A stretch of DNA of 64,000 nucleotides from Octopus sinensis (taxonomy: Eukaryota). The notes beneath the pieces are model-generated. The model saw only the letters and a program-made list of their open reading frames with translations. It was not told the DNA's origin and did not search any database. The position numbers were made by a program, and so were the translations under genes. The stretch is from assembly GCF_006345805.1 (NCBI RefSeq), contig NC_043002.1:43028001-43092000 (forward strand), written 5' to 3'. Of this stretch, positions 12,762 to 25,290 are shown piece by piece; the first letter of the stretch is position 1; the number at the start of each line of letters is the position of its first letter.

Positions 12762-13338
12762 GCCCTGATGCAGTACCATGCCTCGATGCAGTACCAGACA
12801 GTGGCTCTCGTGACTTCTGATCTTAACTGATTGGAAGTGTTATCGTGTACATTGTTTTGTCTTGGTAAAAAAAAAAGATGGTCTACAGCAAATATTCTGC
12901 TCAATACCACAAATTTGCTTGTCAGTTGCTTGACCTTAACCAGTTGAGCATGTCCCTTAGTGGCTGACGATATGTGCATCTCTGATCACGAGCAGAAGAA
13001 GTGGGGGAGCATCATAGCCGTGTGCTGAAAGGAATTCTTAGAGGTTTGGATAATTCACCTTTGGAAAGGTGGGTGGTTCGTTCAACATCCTTAAACATTC
13101 CTTATTCAGGGACCCTTTAAGCGGGATGGGCTACTCGACCAGAAGGAAATTCTAAGTGGGCCCCACCTGCAAGATCATACGCTGTTTATCTTGATATGAG
13201 ATCACCATGTCGCGCATATATGGTAGTGTTGCATGTGTCTGGTGTACCCTTATCAGGCGGGTAGTCATGATGGATGTACTAGGCTTCGTATATTTTACCC
13301 CAGTGTCACTTTGATGGCATGCACTGCTCTCTCACTCA
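12760..13338. mobile_element. ~580-bp non-coding element embedded in (TAA)n tracts
   Basis: Non-microsatellite sequence flanked on both sides by TAA/TAC repeats; no credible ORF. Recalled as a high-copy octopus repeat, not verified. Confidence 0.45.
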
Positions 13339-13360
13339 AAAATACTACTACTACTACTAT

Positions 13361-13445
<85 letters not shown>

Positions 13446-13522
13446 CATGACATATATGTGTGTGTGTGTATGATATAACATGATATAATATAGTATAATA
13501 ATATATGTAATATAATATAATG

Positions 13523-13579
<57 letters not shown>

Positions 13580-13589
13580 CATATATATA

Positions 13590-13975
13590 CTCTTTTACTC
13601 TTTTACTTGTGTCAGTCATTTGACTGCGGCCATGCTGGAGCACCGCCTTTAGTCGAGCAAATCGACCCCAGTACTCATTCCTTATAAGCCTAGCACCCAT
13701 TCCATCGGTCTCCTCCGCCGAACCGCCAAGTTACGGGGACGTAAAATACACCAGCATCGGTTGTCAAGCGATGTTGGGGGACAAACACAGACGCACAAAC
13801 ACATACACACACATACATATATATATACATACATATATACGACGGGCTTCTTTCAGTTTCCGTCTACCAAATTCATTCTCAAGGCTTTGGACGGTCCGAG
13901 GTTACAGTTGAAGGCACTCGCCCCAGGTGCTGCTCAGTGAAAATGAACTCATAACCACATGGTTGCAAAGTGAGG
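13590..13975 (-). mobile_element. SINE family B
   Basis: gactgcggccatgctggagcaccgcctttagtcgagcaaatcgacccc.. consensus. Confidence 0.8.
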
Positions 13976-14037
13976 TTTCTATCAAAATGTGCGCTCACAC
14001 ACACGCACGCGCACACACACACACACACACACGCACG

Positions 14038-14155
<118 letters not shown>

Positions 14156-14225
14156 AATATATTAATATAATTCTTTTTTAGTACTGGATATCGAAGTACA
14201 TATAAAGCTATAAATAATAGCATGG

Positions 14226-14394
14226 AAATGTTGGGCTGAGAACGTCGCTACGTTCCGAGTTGAAATTCCGCCGAGGTTGGCTTTACCTTTCATCCTTTCG
14301 GAATCAATAAAATAAGCACCAATTGAACACTGGGATCGATGTAATCGACTCATCCTCTCCTCCAAAATTGTTACCCTTGTGGAAAAATTTGAAA

Positions 14395-14481
<87 letters not shown>

Positions 14482-14885
14482 GAAGGCGGTGAGCTGGCAG
14501 AATCGTTAGCACGCTAGACGAAATGCTTAGCAGTATTTCGTCTGCCGTTATGTTCTGAGTTCAAATTCCGCTGAGGTCGACTTTGCCTTTCATCCTTTCG
14601 GGGTCGATAAATTAAGTACTAGTTACGCACTGGAGTCGATGTAATCGACTTAATCCGTTTATCTGTCCTTGTTTGTCCCCTCTGTGTTTAGCCCCTTGTG
14701 GGTAATAAAGAAATAGGTATTTCGTCTGCCGCTACGTTCTGAGTTAAAATTCCACCGAGATCGACTTTTCTTTTCATCTATTCAGAGTCGATAAATTAAG
14801 TACCAGTGAAACAATGATGTCGATGTAATCGACTAGTCCCCTACCCCATAATTTCAAGCCTTGGGCCTTTTGTAGAAAGGATTAT
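14226..14885 (+). mobile_element. SINE family A monomer + (TTA)n + family A dimer
   Basis: Three repeats of the gagttcaaattcc..gtcgactttgcctttcatcc body. Confidence 0.8.
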
Positions 14886-14894
14886 TATGATTAT

Positions 14895-14941
<47 letters not shown>

Positions 14942-14946
14942 CACAC

Positions 14947-16370
14947 AGGGTCTTTCAAAAATTTTATATCATTTGAGATATAAATATCACAGAAAATACA
15001 TAGTCAAAGCAAATGAAACTAAACAGGCTTAACATTGAGCAACATAAGATTTATTCCTCCACACTTGAATGAGAAATTCAAAGATATCTGGATTCCGTGA
15101 ACGATTCCACAAATGTTCAATATGCGCACCGCCTGAAACACAGCGCACGTCAAGTCGGTAGTCCAGCTCCACCCAAACACGCTGCGGCATGTCTTGGGTA
15201 ACAGTCCCCAGTGCGGTAGTGATTCTCTGCTCGAGTTCCTCTAGGTTTGCAGGATGATGGAGGACATAGACCAAGACTTTCACATAGCCCCAGAGAAAAA
15301 CAATCGCAAGGAGTCAGGTCACGTGAACGTGGCAGCCATTTCAACAGCACATTGTCTTCATTTCCAGCACGCCCGATCCATCACCCTCGCAGATTATCAT
15401 TGAGATAAGCCCGTACAGTGAGCTTCCAGTGAGGTGGAGCTCCGTCCTGTTGAAAAATGAAGTGTTCATGTTCATTTGCAATGAGCTCATCCATTAGCCA
15501 GTTCTGAGGCATTTGCAGATAAACATCGCCGGTCACATTTCCCTCAAAGACAAACGGGCCATGAAGATGCTTCTTGGAGATAGCGCAGAATACATTCACT
15601 TTTGGTGAGTCCCTCTCATGCTCAACTGTGTCATGGGGATTTTCTTTGCCCCAAATGCGAACATTATGCTTATTGACTTTGCCATTTGTATGAAATGTGA
15701 CCTCATCACTGAAAATAAGACGTTCCTTGAACTCGGCTTCTTCAAGTTTCTCTTGTATATCAACACAGAATTGTTTGCGTTTTCCCTTGTCATCTGCCGT
15801 TATGGCCTAAACGAGCTGCAGTTGGAGGAATCTGGGTTTCCAGACTTGTTCGTCTTATGAACTTCTTGTAGCTTCGCAAGAGATTTTGACGAACCCGCTC
15901 AACCGTCCCGTCTGATGTTTGTGGTCGTCCAGATCCTTTTGCCCTGCATATACAGCCTTTCTGTGGAGGCGCAATGGCCCAGTGGTTAGGGCAGCGGACT
16001 CGCGGTCATAGGATCGTGGTTTCGATTCCCAGACCGGGCGTTGTGAGTGTTTATTGAGCGAAAACACCTAAAGCTCCACGTGGCTCCGGCAGGGGATGGT
16101 GGTGATCCCTGCTGTACTCTTTCATCACAACTTTCTCTCACTCTTACTTCCTGTTTCTGTTGTACCTGTATTTCAAAGGGCCGGCCTTGTCACTCTCTGT
16201 GTCACGCTGAATATCCCCGAGAACTACGTTAAGGGTACACGTGTCTGTGGAGTGCTCGGCCACTTACACGTTAATTTCACGAGCAGGCTGTTCCGTTGAT
16301 TCGGATCAACTGGAACCCTCGTCGTCGTAACCGACGGAGTGCTTCCATACAGCCTTTCTCTTTGAATCTT
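14947..16370 (-). mobile_element. Tc1/mariner transposon relic (rosa/Visitor-like DDxD transposase), interrupted by a SINE
   Basis: Minus-strand translation: KGSGRPQTS, IFSDEVTFH, HNVRIWG, FQQDGAPPH, WLPRSRDLTPCD, LEELEQRI; contains stops and frameshifts. One putative TIR at 14947 (cagggtctttcaaaaatttt). Coding sequence resumes past the SINE (FKEKGCIC) and then truncates. Confidence 0.85.
15963..16346 (+). mobile_element. tRNA-derived SINE (family C) with 13-bp TSD, inserted in the transposase gene
   Basis: A box tggcccagtggttagg and B box ggtttcgattcc; TSD ATACAGCCTTTCT at 15950-62 and 16347-59; highly similar to the copy at 63318-63702. Confidence 0.9.
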
Positions 16371-16712
16371 TTTTTTTTTGTGCCATGTCCAAATCAACAT
16401 TGCTGTTGATGACTTTTTGGAGAAATCTCTCACAAATGCACGCTGCAAAGTCTTATTCAAACCTAGGAGGTGCAGAATTCTTTACAAAAGGCCGAAATTA
16501 TGTTGTTCATTTAGCTTCTGGCAAAACATTTATCAGCTTTCTGCTATCAACATTTCCAAAAAGTGTGGGTAGTTTTATACAAGCCTTCACCACTGAAAAC
16601 AAGTTCTTTGTATGGTTAGTCTAATAGCTACAGTATTGGCTGTTGGACCAACATACATCGAAGTTGACGGAATAGTCCATTATCTTTGTGTGTGTGTGTG
16701 TGTGGGTGTGTA

Positions 16713-16924
16713 GGAGGGAGTGCTGAAAAGTTCCTAGTTTTAAGGGTGACGCGAAAGGCCTGGTTGGAGGCTCAACCTTCCGAGTTCTTTTGCAGGCTTA
16801 GAGAAACTGAAGGACTGCTGAATAAGTGTGTGAATCTGAGAGGGGGAGATGTTGAATAACATAATTAACTGATCCTCTAGTATTTTCTTTTATCCAAAGC
16901 CAGGAACTTTTCAGCACCCCCTCG
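16713..16924. mobile_element. Mariner-derived MITE
   Basis: TIRs g(g)agggagtgctgaaaagttcc / ggaacttttcagcaccccctcg, TA flanks; same family as 38977-39192. Confidence 0.8.
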
Positions 16925-17596
16925 TATGTATGTATGTATGTATGTATGTATGTATGTATGTATGCATGCATGCATGTATGTATGTATGTATGTATGTATG
17001 TATGTATGTATGTATGTATGTAGCAGGTAAGATGTCAAAAATGGCGTATGATACAGACAATAGGTGCAATACCTAAAATCTAATGTCAAACGAAGGATAT
17101 GGAATCGGTTGGCTACAGGTAAAGTATCGGTTTAGCTAATAGAAGCATAATAAAATGTTTAAAATGGACTGGTAATTGCCAAGATACCATATCATTTAAA
17201 CATAGTTTTAGAAATTGGTATGAAAATTTACAGATTTAACAGAATAACTGGAGAATCATGAGAGCAAAAATTTGACGGTTATTCCTCGTAGAAGGATATA
17301 AATTCTGGAAGTTCATACTGTATTGTCATTGATGAAACAGAAGAGAATTTGGGTAGTGCCTCGTATTTTGTAGATTGATAAAAGAGAGAGGGGGGAGACA
17401 GAGAGAGAGAGAGAGAGACGGGCAGACAGATAGACAGACAGAGACAGAGACAGAGAGAGAGAGAAAGAGAGAAAGTAGGCAGGTATGTAGGTAGGTAGGG
17501 ATATTGATAAATAAAAAATAGACAGACAGACAGGCTGATAGATAGACAGACAGAAGACAGATAGACTGATAGATTAACAGACAGACAGACAGACAT

Positions 17597-17644
<48 letters not shown>

Positions 17645-17718
17645 ACACACACATACGTGCGTGCACGCTCTCTCACACACACGCACGCACACACTCACCT
17701 TAAAATAATCTATTCTCC

Positions 17719-18118
17719 TCTAGGCACAAGGCCAGAATTTTTTTTTTTTTTTTTGTGGGAGTAGAGTTAGTTGATTAAATCGACTCCAGTACGCAACTGG
17801 TACTTGATTTATCGACCCCGAAAGGATGAAAAGCAATGTCGACCTCGGCGGAATTTTAACTCAGAACGAAGCGACAGACGAAATACCAATTTCTTTACTA
17901 CCCACAAGGGGTTAAACACAGAGGAGACAAACAAGGACAGACAGACGGATTAAGTCGATTACATAGACCCCAGTGCATAACTGGTACTTATTTAATCGAC
18001 TCCGAAGGGATGAAAGGCAAAGTCGACCTCGGCGGAATTTGAACTCAGAACGTAGCGGCAGACGAAATACGGCTACGCATTTCTCCCGGCGTGCTAACGT
18101 TTCTGCCAGCTCGCCGTC
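17719..18118 (-). mobile_element. SINE family A dimer
   Basis: Reverse complement of the dimer at 14482-14885. Confidence 0.8.
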
Positions 18119-18785
18119 TTACACACCTTAAAATAATGAGTGGAACAACATTCAGTTTATTTCGTTCGAAGATACGTCAAGACTATATAAGAAGCAAATA
18201 GACGGGCCGTATGTAGTTGTAGGCAGAAAAAGTAGAGAAATAGCGCGGAACAAGAGGATAGGTGTGGGGACAAAGGTGCTGGCGGTGATGCAGAAGTGGT
18301 GATGTTGGTATAAAATACATAGCAAAATGTGATTATTACGGCAATGATTACGATGATGATGATGTTGATAGCAGTGCTGTTGGTATTGCTGGTTATGAGT
18401 GTAGTGATGGCAGTGTTGATGGTAAAGATGATGATCACGGTAAACCTAGTGCTGTGAAGGTGGTGGCGGTGGTGGTGGTGGTTGTGGTCGTCGTCGCCGT
18501 TGTTGTCGTGGTGGTTGCAGTGGTAGTGAAGTGACGATGGTCAATGTGATGCTGGTGATGGAGATTATAGACAGTAGTGAAGCTTTCTCTAGCCAGGACA
18601 TAGGAGGAAAAGTGAGTTAGGCCATTTCTAGGGACAAGGCAATCAGGCAAGTACATAAAAAGCAAACACATACAGACACGAACACTGACCTCCACCCCGC
18701 ACACACACGCTTAAATGATGGGGATGGTAATGTTGATGGTGATGTTGGATATATGTGTGTGTATACGTATATGTCTGTATCTTTC

Positions 18786-18830
<45 letters not shown>

Positions 18831-18831
18831 T

Positions 18832-18863
<32 letters not shown>

Positions 18864-19359
18864 ATATATATATATATGTTGTTGTATTTAAGAATGGTCA
18901 TTTTGCCAGTTTAGCCAATAAAAACACACGCACTATATATTTGGTGTTAATTTGCTTCAGTGTTATTTATCTTTTTACATTAATCTTAATCTTATTTCGA
19001 CCAGAGTTCTTTCGTCACACTTCTGTGACCTCATTAGTGGTCCTTTGCTTTCTTCCTTCTTATTTGTGTGTCTCTCCTTACTAACGGTCAGCCATTTTGT
19101 ATTTTGTATTCCTATTGTATACAACGAAAAAAAGACCGTCGAATGTATATATGTATATGTTTATGTGTGTGAGTGTCTGAGTTTGCTCCCTCCCCCATCA
19201 TCGGTTAAAAACCGATGTTGGTGTGTTTACATCCATGTAACTTGGCAATTAGAAAATAGAGACCAATAAAATAAGTACTAGACTTACAAAGAATAAATTC
19301 AGGGATCGATTTGTTCGACTAAAAACTCTCCAAGTCAGACTACAAACTCTCAAAGATAG

Positions 19360-19568
19360 TTGAGCTGGGTGAATCGTTAGCACGCCGGGCAAAATGTTTA
19401 GCGGCATTTCGTCTGTCTTTACGTTCTGAGTTCAAATGCTGCCGGGGTCGAATTTGCCTTTTATCTTTTCGGCGCCGGGAAAATAAGTACCAATCGAGTA
19501 CTGGGCTCGATGTAATCGATTTGTTCCCTCCCACCAAAATTTCTGGGGTTGTGCCTCCTGTAGAAAGA
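19360..19568 (+). mobile_element. SINE family A
   Basis: Family A consensus followed by (TA)n. Confidence 0.75.
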
Positions 19569-19928
19569 TATATATATATATATATATACATATACATATG
19601 TATATATATTCCTCTCTACAGGAGGCATATGTGTACATGTGTATGGTTACATATATATGTGCACATATAGGCGCTTGTGTGTTTGTGTGTATATGTATGT
19701 GTTTCACGCGAGTGTGAGTGAGCATATGCATATAGGCACATGTACGTGGGAGTATGTGTATGTATATACATGCGCTCATACGCGAATTCTATGACCGTTT
19801 TTACTGTCTCCCTTTCGGGTTTTCCATTTATTTAGCGGTCATTCTTATAGCAATTTTGTTTGTCTTAATAAAGGTCATCTTCATAGTAATTTCCCTTTTT
19901 TTAATGGTCATTTTCATAGCATTTTTGT

Positions 19929-20003
19929 TTGTCGCAATAACTGACGAGATGCCGGAGCAGATTTCCACCCTGACATTCGAAACTCAGAGTTTTATTACGG
20001 CAA
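19929..20003 (+). ncRNA. Type I hammerhead ribozyme in a short non-coding repeat
   Basis: Stem I TTGTCGCAATAA/TTATTACGGCAA (one mismatch, one G.U); core CTGACGA (19941-47); stem II closed by G-C (GATGCCGG...CCTGACATTC); GAAA (19979-82); stem III ACTC-A-GAGT; GUU triplet (cut after 19991). Confidence 0.72.
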
Positions 20004-20103
20004 CCGAATAATTGTCACATATTACATTACAGATAAATTCCTCTATTTACATAATATCGAGGTCTCATTCATTCTTTTGTTGTCATACTATTACTATTAA
20101 TGT

Positions 20104-20143
<40 letters not shown>

Positions 20144-20267
20144 ATATATATATGCATACAAACGAGCACACAATGCTTGTTACAGATCTGTCTGCTTGTC
20201 TATCTTTCAATCTATACATCATGATTGATAGATAAATAGACAGCTAGCTAGCTAGCTAGCTAGCTAA

Positions 20268-20645
<378 letters not shown>

Positions 20646-20950
20646 AAGTGCTCTCTTTCTCTCTCTCTCTCTCTGTCTTTTCGATTTACAGGATCATGCT
20701 CAAAGTGGTTTCGTTATTCGCACGTAGTATCTTTGCTACATTCACCAACCTTTTATAGAATCTTTCACGAGACATGTTCGTCTTTTTTAAACATTGCCTT
20801 GCAAGCAAGCAGTTCTTCCTTCGAAAAGGACATAATTCTTTTCTTCAGCTTTAAAGCTGCGGCAAAATTGCTTTGAGTGTTCGCGTTGGTTGTGGTGGTG
20901 ATGGCGGTAGTGGTGGTGGCAGTGGTGGAAGCAGTGTTTGTAGTAGTAAG

Positions 20951-21325
20951 AGAGCTTGAGAGGCGGTTGGATGGAACCTACACTCGCCTCCTTATGAGAG
21001 CTCAAAATCTCTCGTGGAAGCGCCATCCAACCAAAATACAAATATATGGGGAAACTACCACCTGTGTCATCTCTTGTGAAAGGTAGGAGAGTCCAGTTTG
21101 CTGGACATTGTTGTAGAGCTGAAAAAGAGGTAATTTCTACTCTTCTCCTCTGGAAGCCATCTACTCGCAATACCAGAGGGCGCACACTCACCTACCCTGA
21201 TGTAATCTCCAGGGATACAGGCATCCAGCAACAGGACCTCCGTAATGCCATGATGGACTGTGAAGTCTGGCGTAGCATGGTAAATTCCATTGTCTCGACC
21301 ACGGTCGAACAATGATGATGATGAT
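20951..21325 (+). mobile_element. 5'-truncated RTE-clade LINE 3' end with (TGA)n tail and 11-bp TSD
   Basis: RRLDGTYTRLLMRAQNLSWKRHPT..(frameshift)..RRVQFAGHCCR..LLLWKP..RGRTLTYPDVISRDTG, then stop and tgatgatgatg; TSD GTAGTAGTAAG at 20940-50 and 21326-36. Confidence 0.85.
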
Positions 21326-21609
21326 GTAGTAGTAAGCGTTGTCTTTACTTCTACGGCCAGACTGGCGATTTTTCTTGTGCGTTCAAGCGGAACGACTTTC
21401 TTTTCAGCTTCCCTCACCTCTGACTTTGGTCGATGGCTTCCTGGTTTGATTTAGCCATTTTCGTTTAGAAGATGGCAAAGAAAACCGAAGAAAATTTTTT
21501 TTTTAATTATGGAAATTCATCCACTGTAGGGGAATTTCCTATTAAAAGATTTACTGAGGTTGAAGGTGAAGATCTTAAGCAACTCTTTCACAAAAGATAT
21601 TCAACAAAC

Positions 21610-21704
<95 letters not shown>

Positions 21705-22261
21705 AAGACAGGTAGATAGATAGATAGATGTGTGTATATTCAAGTATCCCTAATCGTGTTATAGTTAACAGTATAAACCGAAGATGTACAATATAAGTTA
21801 TTGAGCCGTTTAGTAAACAGATCACGTCATTTCGGTTATTGTCACAGATTTCGTATTTTTCAGTTTCGTTCCAATGTCTTTCAAATTTGATTATGCCGAT
21901 TTAGCTGTGTATGCTTATTGTGAAAATAAAATTCATTACTGCCACAGATTAATAACGCCCAAATTAATAGCTTTGGAATTTTTGCAAATTTTGTGTAATT
22001 TTAGACAATCGTAAGTCACCATTATACACGTGACTGTAAATTTCCCATTGATGTACGAATCCATAGTAGCAAGTAAAACTATAATCTGCTCGGTTTTCAT
22101 TGTAACAAGGACGCTGTGTTGCGCGACTTTGACACTTTCACCACCACAAACATTGCACGTTTTGACGAGTAGCATCATTTTATGCATTTGTTATTTCTGT
22201 CTGATATTTTGTGAGAGACAGCTATCAAGTAGAAAGTACATGGCTTCCTATTCCTGTTTTC

Positions 22262-22687
22262 GGATCTTTTCGGTTTGAACGGCAGTTTTTCTAGCGGTGT
22301 CATATGAAATTGTCACCCATAATTATGACCCTAGTATCGATCTAAAGCATTTCAATCTGTTTTAGGGTTAGGGTTAGTTAGGGTTAGGGGTGGGAGGAAG
22401 GGTATCCTTATTTTCTTCACAAATGTAAATAAACCCAATCTGTTTTATAAACGAGGGACATATTCATACTGCACAGAATGTTTTTTTACCTCAATAGACG
22501 TCAGTGATTGGTTGAAATTGCAGAAATTGAAGAAAAAACAACAAATATCTTACAAACTATAGAATTGTCTCAATAAAGCCAAGAGAAAAAGATGTTTCAT
22601 AAACACATTCTACCAGTATACGAAGTTTAAAATTTTTTAGTTACCTAGAAATTATGTTAAAAACTGCCCTTCAAACCGAAAAGATCC
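22262..22687. mobile_element. MITE with 8-bp TSD (hAT/Merlin/P-type) carrying TTAGGG repeats
   Basis: TIRs ggatcttttcggtttgaacggcagtttt / aaaactgcccttcaaaccgaaaagatcc; TSD CTGTTTTC at 22254-61 and 22688-95. Confidence 0.85.
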
Positions 22688-23315
22688 CTGTTTTCTAATC
22701 AGATTAAAACTTATCAAACTTTGCACCTCTGTAACATTTCCCTAAATTTTTCTGGGAATAAATGAATTTCAAATTCAGATTCAGCGTTAAAAATTCCATC
22801 GAAATACCAAATTTTGAAATTTTCACCTAATTTTTCAAATTTTCAAATCTGTGACATCGAGCGAAAAGATTCAAGAGATCAATAAAAAAAAATGTACCAG
22901 ACTGATATAAAGTACACTTGAAGGCGTTGTCCCACTAAGTATACAGAAAAATCACAGACAGCAGGAAACGAAATTATGTCTATTTGTATGTATTTATGAG
23001 AATATATGCTTTTTACCCTTTTTATTATGTTTCTATGTAATCGTGTGAGAAAAATATAAGACAAGAATAAATAACCAAAGAAAGGAAAGAAGAAAGACGG
23101 AAAGAAATCGAAGAAAGGAGAACAAAGGAATATAAGTAAGCGGAAGTTAATAAATAAATAAATGCGAGAGAAAAAAAGACAGAAAAATAAAAAAAAAAAA
23201 AGATGAAGGGAAGAAACTTATTCATTTAGTATCAAAAGATGATATAACTTCGTAAGTTTGTGAATTAAAAGTGCGCCCAAACTCAATAAAGAAGAAAAGA
23301 AAACAATGTATTACA

Positions 23316-24092
23316 TATAGGCGCAGGTGTGGCTGTGTGGTAAGAAGCTTCTTGCAAGGATCTACGGCGGCGAGCTGGTAGAAGCGTTAGCACGCCGGGT
23401 GAAACACTTAGCGGCATTTCGTCTGCCGTTACGTTCTCAGTTCAAATTCCGCCGAGGTCGACTTTGACTTTCATCCTTTCGGGGTCGATAAATTAAGTAC
23501 CAGTTATGCACTGGGGTCGATATAATCGACTTAATCCGTTTGTCCTCTCTGTGTTTAGCCCCTTGTGGGTAGTAAAGAAATAGGTATTTCGTCTGCCGTT
23601 ACGTTCTGAGTTCAAATTCCACCGAGGTCGACTTTGCCTTTCATCCTTTCGGGGTCGATTAAATAAGTCCCAGTTACGCACTGGGGTCGATGTAATCGAC
23701 TTAATCCGTTTGTCTGTCCTTGTTTGTCCCCTCTGTGTGTAGCCCCTTGTGGACAGTAAAGAAATAAGAAATTTGTTTCCCAACCACATAGTTCCAAGTT
23801 CAGCCCGGTCTCATCAAAGCCTTGTGAGTTGATTTAGTAGACGGAAACTGAAAGAAGCCCATCGTGTGTTTGTGTGTGTATGTTTGTGTATGTGTGTGTG
23901 TGTGTGTGTGTACCACCGCTGCTTGACAACCAGTGTTTGTGCGTTTAGGTTCCCATTACTTAGCAGTTCGGCAAAAGAACTCAACTGAATAAGTACCAAG
24001 TATAAAAAAAGTACTGGATCAATTCATTCGACTAAAATTCTTCAAGGTAGTGGCTCCAGTACGGCTGCAGTCTAATGACTGAAACAAGTAGA
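23316..24092 (+). mobile_element. SINE family B with a nested family A multimer (~23365-23765)
   Basis: Family B head ataggcgcaggtgtggctgtgtggtaagaa is interrupted and resumes at cccaaccacatagttcc. Confidence 0.75.
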
Positions 24093-24429
24093 AAAAAAAT
24101 ATATATATATATATCACTCGCCATGCTTGACCGTTAATTCAACGTATTTTTTTCATTCTTACTCTGTTTATTTTCTCTTATTCCTTTCTGTTGAAGAGCG
24201 TAGGCTCGAAACATAAAATACTTTTTAATTTTCCCGAACGTCAAACTAATACTTGTTGTTCATACACCTATTTTCATCATTTGTTTTTCTATAAATTTCA
24301 ACTATATATACATATATATGGGGATAGTGATGGGGTTAACGGAGTGAACATACGAGGATTCGTTATAAAACAGATATTTCTCCTGCTTTCTACACCTCCT
24401 AAATTTCAGTGGCTGCTATTGGCCTTTCG

Positions 24430-25290
24430 AAGTACTTGGCTTCCTCTATCGTGAGTGACGATAGGCCATCAATGATGTCTATCCTGTGATCTAGCCCGTT
24501 ACTTGTCTCGAGCTTCCGAGCGAAGTACAGCCTAAGCCTCAGAATCAATTTGCATTATGGTTCACTAAAGACCAAAATGAGACTTTGTTGACACGTTGCA
24601 CCTCAACCACCTGGATTCATCGATTGACTTTCCTTACTTTCTATCATAGTTCTGACAAAGCAGCCTTCGTGCTTCGCATTGAAGATAAGGGCGAGTGATT
24701 ATATTTCTCCACGTACATCAGTCTCCTTTTCTGAGCGTCTCTTCTAAGTTTCTAACCCTCGGTCTCTTTCTAGTTTAATTTTCTCTATTCTTAACCTTAC
24801 CTTTCCGACTCTTATTGCTCTCTTCAAGGTGAACCATTGTTTGTTGTTGACGATTGCCTCCTGTCAACACCTGCTTAACGAATGCGCTAATCTAGTCTCT
24901 GTAAGCTTAGTACGCCGGGAACGACTTGTTCAGCTTCAAGTAATTGGACCTCCACTTAGGAAGCATATCTAGGTCGACTCTACAGATAGGAGATTTGTGA
25001 TACGTACAACCGACCACTTTGAATTGTGAACAGCCTACGCTATCACCATCTACTGGTTACAAAATACTCTATTAAAATACGATCTGGAAGACTCATTGCA
25101 AGACTCATAGGCACATTCGGAAAATCCAATCCAGTCAGTTGGAAACGTCTGCGCAGTTTTGCAAGGCTTTTTCACTCCTCCACTTCTAACAGTTAACTTC
25201 ACACAGACCCAGCGCGCATTGAACATCGTATTCTATCCACTCACTAGCACTAAAGAGCAGGGCGTTCCTACAAGAGTTGAAAGGTAAGAA
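24430..25290 (-). mobile_element. Highly decayed L1/Tx1-like endonuclease/linker fragment
   Basis: Minus-strand remnants SSRSYFNRVF, TYHKSPICRVDLD, YLKLNKSF resemble the APE LDR, SDH and YWKLN motifs. Confidence 0.55.

Noticed and set aside
15963-16040. tRNA gene
   Set aside because: It is the tRNA-derived head of a SINE with a TSD; no proper acceptor stem.
22362-22403. Telomere or chromosome fusion site
   Set aside because: Only a few TTAGGG units, enclosed within a MITE.
23365-23765. CRISPR-like or satellite array
   Set aside because: The repeats are multimeric SINE bodies in a eukaryotic context, without unique spacers.
24185-24215. TTGAAGA-GCGTAGGCTC-GAAAC minimal hammerhead-like motif
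   Set aside because: C3 is replaced and stems I and III do not pair. Similar partial motifs near 29270, 44090 and 48473 were rejected for the same reasons.
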